DNA of 63,837 bases from assembly GCA_913064955.1 (NCBI GenBank), contig CAJYBK010000001.1:1-63837 (forward strand). The letters are read 5' to 3'. The stretch comes from an uncultured Flavobacteriales bacterium (GTDB lineage: Bacteria > Bacteroidota > Bacteroidia > Flavobacteriales_D > Parvicellaceae). A program made the translations under genes and the position numbers. The notes under the pieces were generated by a model. The model saw only the letters and a program-made list of their open reading frames with translations, did no database searches and was not told where the DNA came from. Shown piece after piece: positions 59,062-63,837 of this stretch (positions are counted from its first letter, which is position 1; each line of letters begins with the position of its first letter).

Positions 59062-60492
59062 TTGAAAGATTATAAATCTTATTCACAAGTAAGAAAAGAT
59101 TTACAAGAAGGAGTCACCAATTGCGTGGCTCTTGTAGCTTATTATTGCGAAAGAATTAATGCTTCAAAGACCAATGCGTTTTTAGAAGTTTTTGAATCTT
59201 CGGCAATGGAATCAGCTAAGTTGGTAGATCAAAAAATTGCAGCTGGCACAGCCGGAAAATTAGCAGGAATGGTTATCGCTCTAAAGGATAATATCTGTTA
59301 TAAAGGGCACAAAGTATCAGGATCATCTAAAATCCTGGAAGGTTTTGAATCAATTTATAATTCCACTGTAGTGGAGAAGTTGTTAGCTGCAGATGCCATT
59401 ATAATTGGTCGTGTAAATTGCGATGAATTTGCTATGGGAGGTTCGAATGAAAACTCTGCCTATGGTGATGTCAAAAATCCAATTCAATTAGATCGAGTTC
59501 CTGGGGGGTCTTCTGGAGGCTCAGCGGCTGCAGTAGCAGAAGGGCTTTGTCTTGCAGCGCTTGGAAGCGATACAGGAGGTTCGATTAGACAACCAGCCTC
59601 ATATTGCGGTATTGTTGGGTATAAACCGACTTATGGACGTGTTTCTAGACATGGTTTATTGGCATATGCATCTAGTTTTGATCAAATTGGTCCATTGACA
59701 CATAATGTTGAAGATTCAGCACTTATTTTGGAAGTTATTTCAGGTATGGACGAATATGATAGCACCATGTCTGATATCGAAGTTCCAAACTTCTCAAATT
59801 TAATAAATTCAGATACTTCCAAAAAGTATAAAATCGGTTACATCAAAGATTGTTTTGATATGACTGGCTTGGATGGAGAAATCAAGAGTTTTACTGAAAA
59901 TTTTATAAAAGAATTATCATCAGAAGGACATGATGTTAAAGGAATTGACTTCCCGTTATTGGAATATATGATTCCTAATTATTATGTTTTGACCACCGCA
60001 GAAGCATCTTCCAACCTAGCAAGATATGATGGGGCACATTTTGGTTTTAGAAGTCCAGATGCTAAAGATATTGATAGTACCTATGTGACTTCTCGTAGCC
60101 AAGGATTCGGTCCTGAAGTGAAGAGGAGAATTATGTTAGGTACATTTGTATTAAGTGCAGGTTATTTTGATGCTTATTATACAAAAGGACTGAAAGTTAG
60201 AAGACTCATTAAAGAAAAAACTGAAGAACTATTCAAGGAGTATGATTATATTCTAATGCCTACTGCTCCAACTACAGCGTTTAAATTAGGAGAAAATTCT
60301 GATGATCCAATTACAATGTACTTACAAGACATTTTTACGGTTCACGCTAATTTAGCAGGAGTGCCAGCAATTTCATTGCCCTTAGGTAGTCATTCAAATG
60401 GAATGCCATTTGGCTTACAGTTTATGGCGGCTAAGAACAAAGACGCTGACTTGTTAAACTTTACATCAAATTTGATGAATAGAGAGAGTTAA
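59062..60492 (+). CDS. gatA: Asp/Glu-tRNA amidotransferase subunit A
   Basis: Amidase signature PGGSSGGSA, GSDTGGSIRQPA, EASSNLARYDG and EVKRRIMLG. Confidence 0.96.
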   Translation: MKDYKSYSQVRKDLQEGVTNCVALVAYYCERINASKTNAFLEVFESSAMESAKLVDQKIAAGTAGKLAGMVIALKDNICYKGHKVSGSSKILEGFESIYNSTVVEKLLAADAIIIGRVNCDEFAMGGSNENSAYGDVKNPIQLDRVPGGSSGGSAAAVAEGLCLAALGSDTGGSIRQPASYCGIVGYKPTYGRVSRHGLLAYASSFDQIGPLTHNVEDSALILEVISGMDEYDSTMSDIEVPNFSNLINSDTSKKYKIGYIKDCFDMTGLDGEIKSFTENFIKELSSEGHDVKGIDFPLLEYMIPNYYVLTTAEASSNLARYDGAHFGFRSPDAKDIDSTYVTSRSQGFGPEVKRRIMLGTFVLSAGYFDAYYTKGLKVRRLIKEKTEELFKEYDYILMPTAPTTAFKLGENSDDPITMYLQDIFTVHANLAGVPAISLPLGSHSNGMPFGLQFMAAKNKDADLLNFTSNLMNRES

Positions 60493-61973
60493 TGAGATCA
60501 CTTTTGGCAAATATGGTTACAGTTTTAGTAGCGTTGGTTTTGTCTAATGTTGGTTTTGCTCAATACCATTTGTCTGAAGAGGATGAGGCATTCATACATA
60601 GGTGCGATAGTTTATTAGTAGCTCATTTTGCTCATATAGATTCGTTTACAACTGACACTAATGCTCTCAATCATTACAACTACACGAAGGATTCAGTACC
60701 CCATGTTTCTGACGAAGTCATTAAAAAGCGTATTCATGCTTTAGATGAAAAGTCTCCATTTGATTTTTTAGCCAACGATGTTTCTCTGGCGATGACAAAA
60801 ATTTACATTGATCGTAGGTATAGACTTACTAGTAGAATGCTAGGTCTGAGTCAACTGTACTTCCCATTATTTGAAGAGAAATTAAGTGCTTATCATTTGC
60901 CAATGGAACTGAAGTATTTGCCAATTGTCGAATCTGCACTTAACCCAACTGCAACAAGTAGATCTGGAGCGGGAGGTTTATGGCAATTTATGCCGGCAAC
61001 TGGAAAAGGTTATGGATTAGAGATTTCTTCTGTTATAGATCAACGTAACGACCCTTATTTGGCAACAGAAGCAGCCTGTAAATATCTATCAAAATTGTAT
61101 GCTATATATGGAGATTGGAGTTTGTCATTAGCTGCTTATAATGCTGGTCAGGGAACTGTTACAAAGGCTATAAGAAGGTCTGGTGGAAAGAAGGATTATT
61201 GGAGTATTAGGCCTTTTCTTCCCAAGGAAACTCAAAATTATGTACCTGCTTTTATTGCAGTGAATTATGTGATGAATTATGCAAGTGAGCATAATATATA
61301 CCCAAGAGTACCGCATTTTGCTCATTATGAAATGGATACAGTTCATGTAAGAAATAGAGTTGAAATGGGTGTAGTGGAGGAATGGATAGGTTATAATAGA
61401 GTTAAATTAGCATATACTAATCCTATGTACTTAACAGACGTTATTCCTGCCGATTCTATCAACAAATTACCAATGAAGATACCAATGGAATTACTAGGTG
61501 ATTTCTTTAAGTATGAAGACTCAATCTATAAATATTCATCATTAGAGTATAAATATTGGGTGGCCGATCAAAAACCTGCGCGTAAGGAGGTTATTCATGT
61601 TATTAAATCAGGTGAATCTATAGTGTCAATCTGTGATAAGTATCATTGCACAGAGCAAGATATTAAGGCATGGAACATAATGACAAAAATAAGAGTAAGG
61701 ACAGGCAAGAAATTGGTCGTTTTTAAATTAATAAATGAGCCAAAGAATTTCAAGCCTAATTATACTGAGCAAAAGAAGGAAATCACCAAAGAAGTTGAGG
61801 CAAAAAGTAGTTCCGATGGAAAGTATATTTATCATGTTGTTCAGAAAGGAGACACGCTTTGGGATATCGCTAAAAAATACAACGGTTCAGTAGAAGAAAT
61901 AAAGAAACTGAATAGTCATCTTGATATGAGTACACTTCATACCGGTACAAAGTTGAAAATCGCTATGAAATGA
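60492..61973 (+). CDS. MltD-like lytic transglycosylase with LysM domains
   Basis: IVES, AGGLWQFM, AAYNAG and ETQNYV motifs; two LysM domains. Confidence 0.92.
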   Translation: MRSLLANMVTVLVALVLSNVGFAQYHLSEEDEAFIHRCDSLLVAHFAHIDSFTTDTNALNHYNYTKDSVPHVSDEVIKKRIHALDEKSPFDFLANDVSLAMTKIYIDRRYRLTSRMLGLSQLYFPLFEEKLSAYHLPMELKYLPIVESALNPTATSRSGAGGLWQFMPATGKGYGLEISSVIDQRNDPYLATEAACKYLSKLYAIYGDWSLSLAAYNAGQGTVTKAIRRSGGKKDYWSIRPFLPKETQNYVPAFIAVNYVMNYASEHNIYPRVPHFAHYEMDTVHVRNRVEMGVVEEWIGYNRVKLAYTNPMYLTDVIPADSINKLPMKIPMELLGDFFKYEDSIYKYSSLEYKYWVADQKPARKEVIHVIKSGESIVSICDKYHCTEQDIKAWNIMTKIRVRTGKKLVVFKLINEPKNFKPNYTEQKKEITKEVEAKSSSDGKYIYHVVQKGDTLWDIAKKYNGSVEEIKKLNSHLDMSTLHTGTKLKIAMK

Positions 61974-62389
61974 GCAAGTATGAGCTAGAGGAGGAATATG
62001 ACTACGATTTCAATGTGCTAGGTATTAGTTGTCATGAAAAAGATTACCGAATTTGTTGGGCCATTAATCAGATTCTCGGTACTTCAATGCAAAAGGAAGA
62101 AAAAGACATTGAAGTGATTATAAAAAAGTCTAATAGATATAGTTTGCACACCATGTTTACCTGTTTTGACTTGGACAATGAAATTGACTATAGATTAATC
62201 TCCAACAGAAGCACAATGGGTTTTTTAGTGCCTGAAAAACAGCAAGCAGATTATCTTTTTATTGTTTCTGATCACTTTCAAATTGATTTTAAAGAAATCA
62301 CTCAAAAAATTAAATTGATTCCTTTCGTTTTAACAGCCTTTAAAATTGAATTGGATGATTTAAAGTCGAAGGAAAACCTCATATTTTAA
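61970..62389 (+). CDS. IPExxxVDY-family protein
   Basis: GISCHEKDYR.CW..N and LVPEKQQADY motifs; ends SKENLIF. Confidence 0.85.
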   Translation: MSKYELEEEYDYDFNVLGISCHEKDYRICWAINQILGTSMQKEEKDIEVIIKKSNRYSLHTMFTCFDLDNEIDYRLISNRSTMGFLVPEKQQADYLFIVSDHFQIDFKEITQKIKLIPFVLTAFKIELDDLKSKENLIF

Positions 62390-62469
62390 TAATATTTGAT
62401 TAACTTTATATTTCGGAAGTAAATGCAATCTTTGTATTCTCAAAGTGCAAAACATCTTTATTAAATACT

Positions 62470-63837
62470 ATGATAACAAGAAGAACAAAAATAGTTGCGA
62501 CTTTAGGTCCAGCAAGTAGTTCATACGAACAAATTAAAGGGTTGATTTCTGCAGGAGTTAACGTGTGTAGATTGAATTTCTCACATGGAAAACATGATGT
62601 AGTGGCGGAGTTAATATCAATCATTCGTGCCATTGATGATGAATTAGATACGCATACATCTATTCTAGGAGACCTGCAAGGGCCAAAGATTAGAGAGGGT
62701 GAAATGGAGAATAATGGCGTTGAATTAATTGATGGGCAGGAGATTATCATGACCAGCACTAAGTGTATGGGAACAGCTAAGAAAGTTTATATCTCTTACG
62801 TGGAGATGCCTAGAGATGTAAAGCCTGGTGAGATGGTCTTGATGGATGATGGTAAATTACAATTACAAGTAATAGAAACGAACCACAAGGATGAAGTGAA
62901 GTTGAAAATTCTTCATGGTGGAGTATTATCATCAAACAAAGGAGTTAACCTGCCAAATACTAAAATTTCTCAACCTTGTTTGACAGAGAAGGATTTAAAA
63001 GATTTAGATTTTGCACTTTCTCATAACATTGATTGGGTTGGTTTATCTTTTGTTCGTTCGGCAAGAGATATTATTGAATTGAAACATATCATTTCATCTC
63101 AAAACAAGCACACTAAAGTTGTTGCTAAAATTGAAAAACCAGAGGCGGTAGCTGAATTGGATGACATCATTAAAGTAACAGATGCCGTAATGGTAGCAAG
63201 AGGAGATTTAGGAGTAGAAATTCCTATGCAAAACGTACCCTTAATACAGAAAGAAATAGTCAAAAAATGTCTTGAACATGCTAAGCCAGTTATTATTGCT
63301 ACGCAAATGATGGAAAGTATGATTGAGAATATCTCTCCTACAAGAGCAGAAGTTACAGATGTTGCCAATGCGGTAATGGACGGAGCGGATGCTGTAATGC
63401 TGAGTGGTGAGACTTCGGTTGGTAAACATCCAATTGAAGTAATTAAGGCGATGGGAAAAATCATTGATAAAATAGAGTCTGATTATGATGCTTTATACGA
63501 AAAGGACAAAACACCTGAAAAAAATCAAGATAGATTTATTACCGATAGTATTTGCTTTAATGCATGCAGACTTTCAGCGAGAGTAGATGCCAAAGCTATC
63601 GTAACGATGACTCATTCGGGGTACACTGGTTTTAAAATCAGTAGTCAAAGACCACGTGCAAAGATTTTTGTATTCTCTGGTAATAAAAGATTGCTATCTA
63701 TGATGTCTATGGTCTGGGGAGTGGAAACGTTTTATTATGACAAGATGGTTAGTACAGATCATACCATTGCGGATATTAAGTACTTATTGAAAAAAGGTGA
63801 ATTTCTTAAAGAAGGCGACCTGATTATTAATACAGCC
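62470..63837 (+). CDS. pyk: Pyruvate kinase, partial; runs off the window end
   Basis: Not in the ORF track. MITRRTKIVATLGPA, RLNFSHG, DLQGPK, AKIEK, MVARGDLG, ATQMMESM and MLSGET motifs. Confidence 0.97.
   Translation, partial: MITRRTKIVATLGPASSSYEQIKGLISAGVNVCRLNFSHGKHDVVAELISIIRAIDDELDTHTSILGDLQGPKIREGEMENNGVELIDGQEIIMTSTKCMGTAKKVYISYVEMPRDVKPGEMVLMDDGKLQLQVIETNHKDEVKLKILHGGVLSSNKGVNLPNTKISQPCLTEKDLKDLDFALSHNIDWVGLSFVRSARDIIELKHIISSQNKHTKVVAKIEKPEAVAELDDIIKVTDAVMVARGDLGVEIPMQNVPLIQKEIVKKCLEHAKPVIIATQMMESMIENISPTRAEVTDVANAVMDGADAVMLSGETSVGKHPIEVIKAMGKIIDKIESDYDALYEKDKTPEKNQDRFITDSICFNACRLSARVDAKAIVTMTHSGYTGFKISSQRPRAKIFVFSGNKRLLSMMSMVWGVETFYYDKMVSTDHTIADIKYLLKKGEFLKEGDLIINTA

Noticed and set aside
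59062-60492. gatA without gatB/gatC as an anomaly
   Set aside because: gat genes are commonly dispersed in Bacteroidota, and the partners may lie outside the window.
62406-63464. Minus-strand ORFs near the window end
   Set aside because: Antisense shadows of pyk, which the ORF track missed because it lacks a stop codon inside the window.

Overview
AT-rich chromosomal window from a Bacteroidota bacterium, probably Flavobacteriales. This is inferred from T9SS/gliding genes, TAnnTTTG housekeeping promoters and the conserved blocks birA/rsfS-ftsH-cdsA, maeB-ruvA-sprA-gcvH-vanZ-tonB, ricT-gldH-PBP1A, miaB-sigma54 activator-lptE and tatA-gatA-mltD. It is mostly housekeeping and cell-envelope DNA, with a dense set of type IX secretion parts: SprA, two PorP/SprF, a PorE-like OmpA protein and three type-B CTD cargo proteins. 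No CRISPR array, prophage, IS or rRNA was seen. The most unusual items are: (1) a ~380-bp unit behind tRNA-Phe, made of a lone small GIY-YIG nuclease gene bracketed by a duplicated tRNA 3' end plus terminator, with a perfect 12-bp palindrome at the T-loop position of the downstream copy; (2) an orphan lipoprotein with 14 Cys in K-C repeats resembling EGKCG-type MNIO/DUF692 substrates or a metallothionein; (3) an unannotated 47-aa lipoprotein with a His tail; (4) an in-frame TGA inside the Fis HTH of the sigma54-type activator; (5) repeated ECF-sigma-like promoter motifs upstream of T9SS and envelope genes. All calls come from motif recognition only; no database searches were run.
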